Positions 30,442 to 39,895 are shown, numbered from the stretch's first letter. The stretch is DNA of 64,000 nt from an uncultured Chloroflexia bacterium (GCA_963797095.1 CAWCNY010000003.1:1056001-1120000), one strand, 5' to 3'. Numbers and translations are program-made. Notes: generated by a model from the sequence alone, not told the origin.

Positions 30442-32178
30442 TTAATACGTCCTGCCAGCCAGCATCTGCAGGTGCTCCACGATTGGGCCGAGGGAGTATA
30501 CAGGGAAGTATGTCAAAGCACCGACAATGATGATCACTCCTATCAGCAGCCCGATGAAGAGCGCACCGGTTGTGGGGAACGTACCTGCGGTAACAGCAGA
30601 ACGCTTCTTCGATGCCAGCGACCCTGCCAGGGCCATCATCGGCACGATAAACCCGAACCTTCCCACGATCATCGCCAAACCTATCGTCAGGTTGTAGAAG
30701 GGAGTATTGGCGTTGAGGCCCGCGAAGGCCGAGCCGTTGTTGCCTGTGCCGGATGTGTAGCCATACAGTATCTCGGACAGTCCGTGCGGCCCCAGGTTAT
30801 TGCGCGAGTCGAGCGCGCCTGGCCACATCGTCGCCAGGGCGGTGAAGCCCAGGATGGAGAGGGGCAACACGAGGATGCACAGCGTGACCATCTTCATGTC
30901 GTATGCCTGTATCTTCTTGCCCAGGTATTCGGGCGTGCGCCCCACCATCAGCCCGGCGATGAAAACCGCCAGCACCGCGAAGATCAACATCCCATAGAAG
31001 CCCGATCCCACCCCGCCGAAGATAATCTCTCCCAGGGCTATATTGGCGAGGGGCACAAGACCACCAATAGGCGTGAAGCTATCGTGCATGGCGATCACCG
31101 CGCCATTGGAGGCGTCCGTAGTTATCGTGGCATACTGGGCGCTCGTGTAGATGCCGAAGCGCACCTCCTTGCCCTCCATGTTGCCCCCTGCCTGCAGCGC
31201 GCTCACCGATTGGTCGAGGCCAGCGTGCTGGGTGAGCAGCGGGTTGCCGGCTTGCTCGGCCCAGGCTGAAATGATGACGCCCAAGAGAAAGACAATGGTC
31301 ATAGCAAACCACAGTGCCCACCCCTGCTTCTGGTTGCCCACCATGCGTCCGAACATGTAGGTTAGAGCAGAGCCAATCGAGAAGATGGCGAGTATCTGAA
31401 GGAAGTTGGTGAGGCCGTTGGGGTTCTCGAATGGGTGGGCGCTGTTAGCGTTCAGGATGCCACCGCCGTTCGTGCCCAACTCCTTGATCGCCTCCTGAGA
31501 GGCGACCGGCGCGCCCACGATGGTTTGCACCCCTCCCTGCAATGTATGCACGGACGTATATGCGTTGAAGTTCTGGATCACTCCCTGGGACACGTACACA
31601 AGAGCAAGCACGATAGATATGGGGAGCAGGACATACAATATGCAGCGGGTCATATCGACCCAGAAGTTGCCCAGGGCTTTAGTCTCTTTGCGGGCAAAGC
31701 CACGCACCAGCACCACCGCCAGCACAATGCCGACAGCAGCCGATGTGAAGTTGTGCACCGCCAGACCAGCCATGTTAGTCAGGTAGGCCATCGTAGTTTC
31801 AGGCACATAGCCCTGCCAGTTAGTGTTCGTTGTAAACGAGGCCGCCGTGTTGAAGGAAGAGTCAGCGCTCACGGGCCCCAGCCCTTGCGGGTTTAGAGGG
31901 AGCCACTGTTGCACGCGCTGCTGCACGTAGGTCAGCAGGAGGCCAAGCACCGAGAAGCCAAGCATGGCCGAAGTGTAGGCCAGCCAGCTCTGCTCACGCT
32001 CCGGCTTTATCCGGAAGAGCCAATATATGCCACGTTCCACTGGCGCGAGCACAGATGTTAGAAGGGTGTGCTGGCCCTGAAATACCTGAGCCATATAGGT
32101 GCCCAGGTATTTGGTGATGATCACAAGCAATGCCAGGTACAGAGCGAGTTGTACCAGGAAAGGGATCAAAGTCTCCAT
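30442..32178 (-). CDS. kdpA: K+-transporting ATPase subunit A
   Basis: TNTNWQ, GTNGGG, SNGAV, NNGSAF filter loops; GRTPEYLGKKI. Confidence 0.97.
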   Translation of the reverse strand: METLIPFLVQLALYLALLVIITKYLGTYMAQVFQGQHTLLTSVLAPVERGIYWLFRIKPEREQSWLAYTSAMLGFSVLGLLLTYVQQRVQQWLPLNPQGLGPVSADSSFNTAASFTTNTNWQGYVPETTMAYLTNMAGLAVHNFTSAAVGIVLAVVLVRGFARKETKALGNFWVDMTRCILYVLLPISIVLALVYVSQGVIQNFNAYTSVHTLQGGVQTIVGAPVASQEAIKELGTNGGGILNANSAHPFENPNGLTNFLQILAIFSIGSALTYMFGRMVGNQKQGWALWFAMTIVFLLGVIISAWAEQAGNPLLTQHAGLDQSVSALQAGGNMEGKEVRFGIYTSAQYATITTDASNGAVIAMHDSFTPIGGLVPLANIALGEIIFGGVGSGFYGMLIFAVLAVFIAGLMVGRTPEYLGKKIQAYDMKMVTLCILVLPLSILGFTALATMWPGALDSRNNLGPHGLSEILYGYTSGTGNNGSAFAGLNANTPFYNLTIGLAMIVGRFGFIVPMMALAGSLASKKRSAVTAGTFPTTGALFIGLLIGVIIIVGALTYFPVYSLGPIVEHLQMLAGRTY

Positions 32179-32198
32179 ATCTTAGCTACCTCTCTAAT

Positions 32199-32300
32199 TT
32201 AGAAGCGTTCCGCCCTGATCAACACGTAAGCCAGGTAGATCAGGAGCGCTAGCGCGATCAGACCCCATAGGACGTAGTCCCAACTCCCCAGGATGTCCAT
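32199..32300 (-). CDS. kdpF: KdpF, 33 aa (absent from ORF track)
   Basis: MDILGSWDYVLWGLIALALLIYLAYVLIRAERF, typical YLxxxLxxxExF end; directly upstream of kdpA. Confidence 0.88.
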   Translation of the reverse strand: MDILGSWDYVLWGLIALALLIYLAYVLIRAERF

Positions 32301-32304
32301 ATTC

Positions 32305-32397
32305 CTACTGCCTCCTCAGTACTTCGCACCCCTTGGCGAAAGCCCATAGGAGTGCGAACGCAACTATCGCAACGCCAACATACAATAGATCACCCAT
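32305..32397 (-). CDS. 30-aa membrane peptide upstream of kdpF
   Basis: MGDLLYVGVAIVAFALLWAFAKGCEVLRRQ; GAGGAG RBS; single TM ending GCE. Confidence 0.72.
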   Translation of the reverse strand: MGDLLYVGVAIVAFALLWAFAKGCEVLRRQ

Positions 32398-32629
32398 TGG
32401 TTCTCCTCCTCGGAATCGGACGTACGTCCCGATAGGCATGTCCGTGTGAGACGCGCACCAGCTCCCGCACTAAATGCACCGGACCCCACGTTTCGTTTCT
32501 CCCGCCTGAGTTGATCCGGCGAAGTAGGATTGATTTCTCAATCAGATCGCAAAGATAGATGGCAGCCATCAGACCTAGCGAGCAGACGAGGCCGCCCACA
32601 ACGATGTCTATAAACAGACTCGTGAACAT
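32390..32629 (-). CDS. 79-aa single-TM protein in kdp operon
   Basis: AAGGAGG RBS; TM ending AIYLCDLI; stop overlaps next start. Confidence 0.6.
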   Translation of the reverse strand: MFTSLFIDIVVGGLVCSLGLMAAIYLCDLIEKSILLRRINSGGRNETWGPVHLVRELVRVSHGHAYRDVRPIPRRRTNG

Positions 32630-32737
32630 TAGAAGGAAAGCCTCCTTAAAAAGCAGAGAACAACCAAATGCCGATGGACCACAAAGATGAACCTTCCAAG
32701 ACCGAGCCATGATGCTCCTGTGATCGGTCGAGGTCGT

Positions 32738-33160
32738 TTACACGACGTTGTTCTCCTCCCTGCTGCTTGCCACGGCTTTGGCTATTAGCCGCTTGAGCGC
32801 ATCGATTGGGAAGGGCTTGGGAAGAAATGCCATCGGCTTGAACTCCTCTATGCGCCGCTGGGCCGGCTGGCCCGCAGAGAACACGATGGTGGGGAGCATT
32901 TGGCAAGTGACGCCATTGGCAGCCAGCTGCCGGAGGACGGCCCACCCAGTGTCGTCGGGCAGGTTCACGTCGAGTACCAGGACGTCAGGACGGTCGGTAA
33001 GTGCCTCTTTCACGCCCTCCTCGGCGCTACTTACAGCGCGCACCTCGTAGTTGGTCTGCTCGAGGATTCGGGTGAGTGCCTTTTGCATTGGCTCCTCATC
33101 TTCGATGAGGAGTATCCTTGCTAGCCTTGTGGGGTTTGTTGAGTTAGTGGGTCTCACCAT
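32738..33160 (-). CDS. Stand-alone response-regulator receiver (copy 2), first gene of kdp operon
   Basis: IEDE, VLDVNLPD, FSA, KPF intact. Confidence 0.87.
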   Translation of the reverse strand: MVRPTNSTNPTRLARILLIEDEEPMQKALTRILEQTNYEVRAVSSAEEGVKEALTDRPDVLVLDVNLPDDTGWAVLRQLAANGVTCQMLPTIVFSAGQPAQRRIEEFKPMAFLPKPFPIDALKRLIAKAVASSREENNVV

Positions 33161-33221
33161 TGTGACTTCCTTTGAGAGCCTTTGCTCTGCTTGAGTTGAG
33201 CGCAATATCTTCAGTGATTCC

Positions 33222-33318
33222 AGTATAGAATGGAGAGCATAAAAACCGCATAACTATCTGCTTCTACGGCATAACGAAACCATAACAGTTTGGCCTGAGG
33301 GTATAAACGAAACGTAAG
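33222..33318 (-). promoter_or_regulatory. kdp operon promoter with three KdpE-type direct-repeat boxes
   Basis: CTTACG-N5-TTTATA, GTTATG-N5-GTTATG, GTTATG-N5-TTTATG at 32-bp period, then N10 and TATACT. Confidence 0.78.
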
Positions 33319-33466
33319 AATGGCCCCTTTTAACCACCACTTCTGCTAAGATTTAAGGAGCAGGATTTAGGGAGCTACAAGGCCGCAGTCAGGGTGATTA
33401 CCTACGTGTCACCCTGACAAATAGCCGCGAACTAGAGTTGTGAAGAGGGAAGAAGAGGATAATGTT

Positions 33467-35288
33467 ATGAGCAGACGGCCAGGAGATCGAATCTTCTATC
33501 GCCGCAGGTCGGAGCCACATCGAGACCGTCCAGAGCGGCATCAAAGAGGGCGGCTGCCAGGTGGGATCGTTGCTACTCGACCCTTCGATAGGCTCAGGGC
33601 AGAAGCCGGCGATGAGAGCATACGGGCACAGGTAGCAAAGTTCGTAATCGTGATGGCGGCCTTGGCAGTCACGACGCTGGCGCTGTGGCCGGTGCGAGAG
33701 ACCATCGGTCTCCTGAATATCGGACTTGTTTTCCTGATCGTAGTGCTGGGAGCGACACTGTGGGCTGGGCAGTGGGCCGGGATACTAGCCTCTGTGCTGG
33801 GATTTGCTCTGTTCGACTTCTTCCTGGTTCCCCCATATCTCACTTTTGTCATCGGTGACCTGCATAACATCCTCGCGTTGTTCGTCTTTCTGGGGGTATC
33901 GGTGCTGATAAGCTGGCTCCTTTCCGGGGCACGTGAGCAGGCCCGCCGGGCGGCTGAGCGAGCGGACGACGTATCTCGACTTTATGAGTTAAGCCAGGCT
34001 ATAATCGGTGCTCGACAGATGGACGACGTGCTGCCGGCGATAGTGAAGAAAGTTGCCGATGTACTCGATGCAGGCGTTTGCTGGATACTCGTTCCGAGCG
34101 AGCATAATCAACTGGTAATCCGCGCTCAACACCCCGGAGATGCACGTCAGACCACACGAGACGAACTGGCCCTGGCTTCATGGGTGCTCTGGCACGGCAA
34201 AGATGCCGGTCTCGGGGGCCAAGGCCAGACCGAAGATAGACGACGCTCATCACCTGAGTGGGCGTTTCGCGCACCCGGTCTGTTTGCTCCTCTACGTGTT
34301 GGAGAACATACAATTGGAGTACTGGGAGTAGCAGATAAGCATGATGGGGAGCCTTTCACGGTCGTCGAACGCACGATTCTCAATACGCTTGCGGACCAGG
34401 CGGCAGTGGCATTGGAAAGATTGCGCTTGCTGAGGGAGGCCGAGCGGGCCGAAATACTGGCACGTACAGACGAACTCAAATCGGCTCTTGTATCGGCGGT
34501 TTCGCACGACCTGCGTACGCCGGTGGCATCAATGATGGCCCTGGTGACCGGCCTTCTTGACCCGAATGCCCATTGGGACAAGAAGACGCAGCGGGAGTTC
34601 CACCAGATCATCTACGACGAGCTGGTCCGCTTGAACAGGCTGGTTGGCAACTTGCTCGACATGTCACGCATTGAAGGGGGAGCGCTCCACCCGGAGAAAG
34701 GCTGGTATAGTATTGGCGAGGTGATCCAGTCTGTTGCAGAGCGTCTTGAACCCAGGCTGACCGACCACCCGCTCTCGGTAGAGGTCGATGAAGGTATACC
34801 GTTAGCCCTGTTCGATTTTACCGAGATAGATCAGGTGGTGACCAACATCATCGAGAACGCAATCAAGTACACTCCAGCGGGAACGCCGATAATGGTAAGG
34901 GCGCACTACACGCTGCATAGTGGTGAGGAGGAAAGGGGTGAGAAAAGGGGTAATAATAAAGATGATAACATTGAGGTTGCGGTCGAGGAACTCGGGGCCG
35001 GGAGTAGCGCCCGAACATTTGCCGCACTTGTTCGACAAGTTCTACAGGGTGGACAGGATAGACGGGCAGAAAGAGCGTGGCGGAAGCGGTGTAAGAGAGA
35101 GTAGAGGGGGTAAAGGAGGCATAGGGTTGGGCCTTTCAATCACCAGGGGTCTGGTTGAGGCGCACGGCGGTTCCATACAAGCAGCCAACCGGCCGGAAGG
35201 TGGCCTGCGGGTGATGTTTACGATCCCTGTGAACGGCGCTCCACAACCAGTGGGCAGCAGAGCGGATGCTACCCCTATCGGGGCTTGA
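33467..35288 (+). CDS. kdpD: Second KdpD-type histidine kinase (DUF4118 + GAF + HisKA + HATPase); one apparent +1 frameshift
   Basis: FFLVPPYLTF, GAF, HDLRTP, NIIENAIKY; deleting one A at 34989-34990 restores VEDSGPG and joins ORF 34920..35288 (FDKFYR, GLGLSI). Confidence 0.82.
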
Positions 35289-35375
35289 GGTCGAAGGCGT
35301 GACCAGGCTATAGTCCACATGTTACATCAAAGAAATTGCATTAGAAGGATGCCCGTTTAATGGACAATAATAAGG

Positions 35376-36101
35376 ATGTCTGCGATAAAAGTACTGCTCA
35401 TTGATGATGAGCCAGCGATAGCCAAGGCTCTGCGTCCCCTTCTACAAGGTCACGGTTTCAGCGTTGCTGTCGCTGAGACAGGAGCGGACGGTCTCGCGCA
35501 ACTGGAAAGCTTCGCGCCGGCCTTGATCCTGCTGGACCTGGGTCTGCCCGATATGAATGGAGTGGAACTCACCACCGAGTTGCGGCGGCGCACCGATGCG
35601 CCTATTATCGTGTTGTCTGTGCGTGATGCTGAGCACGATAAGGTAGCTGCCCTGGACAACGGGGCGGACGACTATCTAACCAAACCTTTTGGTTTTCTCG
35701 AGTTACTGGCGCGCATACGGGTGGCACTCAGACATGCGCCGAATACCGGAAGCGCTCTGAGTGCCCTGGGCGGCGCGCTGGACTCTGCGGTCCCGCAGAG
35801 GATCCAGATCGGCGATGTAGCGCTAGACACACAACGATACGAGGTGACGGTCCGAGGCACCACCACCCACCTCACGCCCACCGAATTCAAGCTGCTGGAA
35901 TTGTTGATGCAGCATGCTGGTAAGCTGGTAACTCACCACACGCTATTGCACAGGGTGTGGGGGCCTGAGTATGTCGGGGAAAGCCAGTTGCTCAGGGTGT
36001 ATATAGGCCACCTGCGCGCCAAAATAGAGGAGCGCCCCGAGCGGCCAAGATATATTGTGACGGAACCAGGGGTCGGCTACCGGTTTCGTGACTCACTCTA
36101 G
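35376..36101 (+). CDS. kdpE: KdpE-type OmpR response regulator
   Basis: LLDLGLPD, VLSVR, LTPTEF, VWGPEY, LRAKIE, TEPGVGYR. Confidence 0.88.
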   Translation: MSAIKVLLIDDEPAIAKALRPLLQGHGFSVAVAETGADGLAQLESFAPALILLDLGLPDMNGVELTTELRRRTDAPIIVLSVRDAEHDKVAALDNGADDYLTKPFGFLELLARIRVALRHAPNTGSALSALGGALDSAVPQRIQIGDVALDTQRYEVTVRGTTTHLTPTEFKLLELLMQHAGKLVTHHTLLHRVWGPEYVGESQLLRVYIGHLRAKIEERPERPRYIVTEPGVGYRFRDSL

Positions 36102-36260
36102 CCCGCGCGAGTTGTGATGCCGCCGGTGTCCTGCCCGCTTAGTATCTCCCAACGCGTCTGTGGGTTCTAGCGTGTCAGCGGGTTATAGGCCCGCAAGCAT
36201 GTATGGAGTAAGAACGTCTTCAAAGGATAGTTGAAATGCCGTGGTGCCAGCTGCCAACCG

Positions 36261-38705
36261 CTATTTACCGATTACAAAGTAGTAAAAGAGAAAGATAATC
36301 AGCAGCAACAGAAGTAGGGAGCCCCAGGGAAGGTCGGCTAGACGCCAACGACGCACCTGCTCTGCGCCTGCGCTACGGCGCTTGCCAAGTAGCTGAGGCA
36401 CATCTGATACGACCGTATTCGGTCGGAACAGGAGGGCTGCTTTCAATCGAAAAGCGTTCTGGTTGTGCAAAAGATACTCCCACGGCTTGGAAGGTAAGGC
36501 CTCCGGCAGCACAACAGTTATAGTGTCGTCCGTGTGCTGCTGGTCGAGGGCGTCAATGTAGGACAAGAGAGGCCCTATTAGAGAGCGGAACGGCGATTCG
36601 ATTATCACCAGCTGGATGTCTGTATCCGGTAGGAGTTTGCGCCACTCTCTATTGAACTGCTCGGCTTCTTCCGGATCTTCCCCTTCCACGATGTGTACGG
36701 CGGTCACAGTAGCCGACAGGGAGCGCGCGTAGTCGAGGGCGGTCAGAGTAACGGGGTTCAAGCGTGCCACCGGCACGATGAATGTGTGTTTGAACCCAAA
36801 GCCGACGCTAGTACGCGATGTTGCCTGCGCTTGCGCCAGCGCTTGCTCCTGTTCCTCCCTTTCAACCCTCATGTAGTGTCGATGGATCGCCAGGAACAGA
36901 AAGATCAGGATAGGTATGAGCACCAAGACGATCCAGGCGCCGTACGCGAACTTGGTCACAGCAGAGATAACGAGCACCAGCCCCGTGGTGAGCGCGCCAA
37001 GTCCATTGACTACCAGGTTACGCTGCCATCCTGGCGTCCTGGTGCGCCACCAGCGCACGACCATACCGCTCTGAGATAAAGTGAAAGAGTTGAATACTCC
37101 TACCGTATAGAGTGGGATGAGGGCTGTGGTGTCTCCATCGAAGGCGATAACAAGCACACAGGCCAGGATCGCGAGTGTGATGATACCCCACGAGAAGGCC
37201 AGCTTATCGCCTCGAAAGGCATATTGACGTGGCATGAATCGATCGCGGGCCAGAAAGTATGACAGGCGTGGGAAGTCCGCAAAGGCTGTGTTGGCCGCCA
37301 GCACGAGTATGAGCGCTGTGGCTATCTGGACATAGAACCATAGCGGGTTGGCGCCCCCCACCTCAGGAAAGATAGTACGCGCCAACTGTGAAAGCACCGT
37401 TTCCTGGTCGCTGGGCCGAACATGTAGCTGCGTAGCCAGGAAGGTGATGCCCGAGAACATACTAATCGAAGTTAGCGCCATTATGCCGAGTGTGGCGCGG
37501 GCGTTCTGCGCCTCCGGGGGTTTGAAAGCAGGCACGCCATCTGAAATAGCTTCGACACCCGTTAGCGCTGTACAGCCCTGGGTAAAGGCCCGCAGCAGGA
37601 GGAAAAGTGAGATGCTCTCAGCACTGTAAGGAAGGATCTCTGCCGGTGGAGTGTACACAGGTTGACCACCTACGCCCAGGTAGAGACGCAGCAAGCCATA
37701 ACCTATCATCCCGACAATGCCCAGAATAAAGAGGTAAGTAGGCAACGCGAAAATATTGCCCGACTCCCGCACCCCTCGTAAGTTGATGATCGTGATTAGC
37801 ACCACCACGAACACGCAGATTTCCACTCTGATTGGGCGAACTTCAGGAAAGAGGGAGTAGATGGCGGCAATTCCAGCCGACACGCTCACCGCGACGGTCA
37901 TCGTGTAGTCGATAAGGATGGAGGCAGCAGCAGTAAGCCCAGGCAGCGTGCCCAGGTTATCCTTGGTCACTATGTACGACCCCCCACCCCTTGGATAAGC
38001 GGCAATCGTCTGGCGATAGGAAGTCGCTACAATAGCAAGCAGAATTACGATGGCTAACCCTATTGGGAGGGTAAAACCGGCAACCGCCGCAGTTCCTGCC
38101 AACAAGAGCACGCGGAGGATTTCCTCGGTTGCGTAGGCCACAGAAGACAGCGGATCGGACGAGAGTACAGCCAGGGCCTTGGCCTTCGTCAATCGTTCGT
38201 GAATGGAGTGCTCGCTGCTGATTGCTTCTCCAATCAGCAGGCGTCTTACATTATAGAAGAAGCGCCCCCACCGACTTCTTGGCTGATTAGCGGCCAGGGA
38301 AGCGGTGAGCACCCCTGCGCCTTTCCGCCTGAACGGCCCTGCTGTGCGGGTCTGACGTATATAGCGGTCGCCTGGATGCGTGCCTCTCACGACTTCATTC
38401 TGTCGGAGATCGGCCCTGATCTTGTGGTCGCCATCTGCAGATGGAACTGGCCTTGATACGCGTTCCTGTGTACCTTCTGAGGCTTTATTTGCAGCCATAT
38501 TTCCAGGCGTTTCACCTGGAGCGGGCCCCGCTGGTGTCGTCCCCGTCTGGCCAATTATGCGTCTAGCATGCTGGCGCTCAGGTTGCGATGCACCCTGCCC
38601 CTGCCCCTCATGGTTCCGGGCAGGTGGTAGGGTTCCTGAGTTTTCCTCGGAGCTGACATGCTCGGTATTGCCCTGGTCGTTATCATCTGCGTGGTCCTTA
38701 TCCAT
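36261..38705 (-). CDS. kimA: KimA/YdaO-like APC-family K+ transporter
   Basis: LSSDPLSSVAYATEE, YPRGGGSY, ALTGVEAISDG, AANTAFADFPRL, LIPLY, ESPFRSL, LHNQ. Confidence 0.85.
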   Translation of the reverse strand: MDKDHADDNDQGNTEHVSSEENSGTLPPARNHEGQGQGASQPERQHARRIIGQTGTTPAGPAPGETPGNMAANKASEGTQERVSRPVPSADGDHKIRADLRQNEVVRGTHPGDRYIRQTRTAGPFRRKGAGVLTASLAANQPRSRWGRFFYNVRRLLIGEAISSEHSIHERLTKAKALAVLSSDPLSSVAYATEEILRVLLLAGTAAVAGFTLPIGLAIVILLAIVATSYRQTIAAYPRGGGSYIVTKDNLGTLPGLTAAASILIDYTMTVAVSVSAGIAAIYSLFPEVRPIRVEICVFVVVLITIINLRGVRESGNIFALPTYLFILGIVGMIGYGLLRLYLGVGGQPVYTPPAEILPYSAESISLFLLLRAFTQGCTALTGVEAISDGVPAFKPPEAQNARATLGIMALTSISMFSGITFLATQLHVRPSDQETVLSQLARTIFPEVGGANPLWFYVQIATALILVLAANTAFADFPRLSYFLARDRFMPRQYAFRGDKLAFSWGIITLAILACVLVIAFDGDTTALIPLYTVGVFNSFTLSQSGMVVRWWRTRTPGWQRNLVVNGLGALTTGLVLVISAVTKFAYGAWIVLVLIPILIFLFLAIHRHYMRVEREEQEQALAQAQATSRTSVGFGFKHTFIVPVARLNPVTLTALDYARSLSATVTAVHIVEGEDPEEAEQFNREWRKLLPDTDIQLVIIESPFRSLIGPLLSYIDALDQQHTDDTITVVLPEALPSKPWEYLLHNQNAFRLKAALLFRPNTVVSDVPQLLGKRRSAGAEQVRRWRLADLPWGSLLLLLLIIFLFYYFVIGK

Positions 38706-38780
38706 ATCGCTTTGTGACTCGGTCCTCTCTATATCATTCTTCAGTAGTGCTGAGGGTCGATGGGTACGGGTACACCGAGA

Positions 38781-39164
38781 TCATCCGGGAAACTCGCCAG
38801 GTAAGGGTGCATATTGCTTCACCAGGCACACTAACGCTTCGATGGGGAAGGGCTTGGCAAGAAACGCTTTCGCACCCACTTTGAGCAGCTGCTTCGGACC
38901 GGGTTGTGAGGCGGCGGACATCATGATAATGGGCACATCTTGAGTAGAGGATTGAAGCCATTCAGCTACATCCCACCCCGTGGCGTCCGGCAAATTGATG
39001 TCTAGTATCACGAGTTCGGGCTTGATTGCGAGCTGGTCCACTGCCTCACGGAAGCTTGCAGCCTGAAGCACAAAGTAGCCGATTGCCTGTAGGTAACGGG
39101 TAAGCACCTTCCGTAAGGGCCCGTCGTCTTCTACTATCAGGATGAACGGTTTTTGCTGAGGCAC
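38781..39164 (-). CDS. Stand-alone response-regulator receiver (copy 3), first gene of kimA operon
   Basis: VEDD, ILDINLPDATGW, MSA, KPF; close paralog of 23638..24015. Confidence 0.87.
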   Translation of the reverse strand: MPQQKPFILIVEDDGPLRKVLTRYLQAIGYFVLQAASFREAVDQLAIKPELVILDINLPDATGWDVAEWLQSSTQDVPIIMMSAASQPGPKQLLKVGAKAFLAKPFPIEALVCLVKQYAPLPGEFPG

Positions 39165-39282
39165 ACCTAATGCCGCCTGCTTCGGTTACTTTGTATTTTG
39201 TGTTGGCTGTCTCTTCTGTTCACCACCTGATGCGTATGCGAACCGAAGGGTACGCGCACGCCAGCACTCGCGTGCCCTTCTG

Positions 39283-39347
39283 AGAATACAAACTTACCCG
39301 TAAAGGATCCATAAAAATCCGGGGCAAAAAGATAAAGAAAGTATAAA
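39283..39347 (-). promoter_or_regulatory. kimA operon promoter with two KdpE-type boxes
   Basis: TTTATA-CTTTC-TTTATC and TTTATG-GATCC-TTTACG at 32-bp period, then N10 and TATTCT. Confidence 0.78.
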
Positions 39348-39475
39348 GATGGTGGTCGCTACACTAGAGCGGGCTTACGGTGGTTCGGTTGTGGCTCGTC
39401 CTAAGGGGTGCATTTGGGGTACGTTTCCCGACACGTGCCGCGTATCAGCACGACAAGCTCATAAGTAGAAACGCT

Positions 39476-39506
39476 AACAAAGAAGGGCACCCCTGCGGGT
39501 GCCCTT
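39476..39506 (-). terminator. Intrinsic terminator
   Basis: 10-bp perfect stem AAGGGCACCC/GGGTGCCCTT followed by CTTTGTT on minus strand. Confidence 0.6.
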
Positions 39507-39636
39507 ACCTACGCCTACGCGGATATTGCGACGGAGCCTTAGCTTTCTGCCTCTGCTTGCACGGTTACTAAACAGTCTCGTACCAGTCTCTGGCTTGATG
39601 TTTATGTTGACCACTATATTTTAATGCCTGCAAACA

Positions 39637-39895
39637 TTAAGCTGCTTTCCGTTTGTATACCCGCATCGCAAACAGATATGCGACGATCAGTATCCCTAAG
39701 CACCACGCGAGCGCAACCCAAATATCATTGCCGATAGGCTGCCCCACGAGGAGGGAGCGTATCGCTTCGACGATGGATGTAACCGGCTGATATTCGGCAA
39801 AAGCACGGACCACTGCTGGCATCGAATTGGTGGGCACGAACGCCGAACTGATAAATGGAAGGAAGATAAGCGGGTAGGAAAAGAGAATCGGGTAG
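39637..39895 (-). pseudogene. ABC-2 (DrrB-like) permease 3' fragment
   Basis: LPFISSAFVPTNSMP...AEYQPVTSIVEAIRSLL; 5' part missing. Confidence 0.7.

Noticed and set aside
29824-31269. Long antisense ORFs (also 5122..6153, 11453..12502, 12544..13587, 8213..9163)
   Set aside because: Shadow ORFs of GC-rich genes on the opposite strand; no recognisable motifs
39380-39571. 63-aa ORF and other short ORFs overlapping repeats (20924..21403, 15340..15738)
   Set aside because: No RBS or coding bias; the repetitive peptides are translations of heptamer arrays
39170-39640. c-di-AMP (ydaO) riboswitch upstream of kimA
   Set aside because: Conserved GCUGAA, GGGUGAAU and CAGCUAAC elements not found by eye; KdpE boxes explain the region
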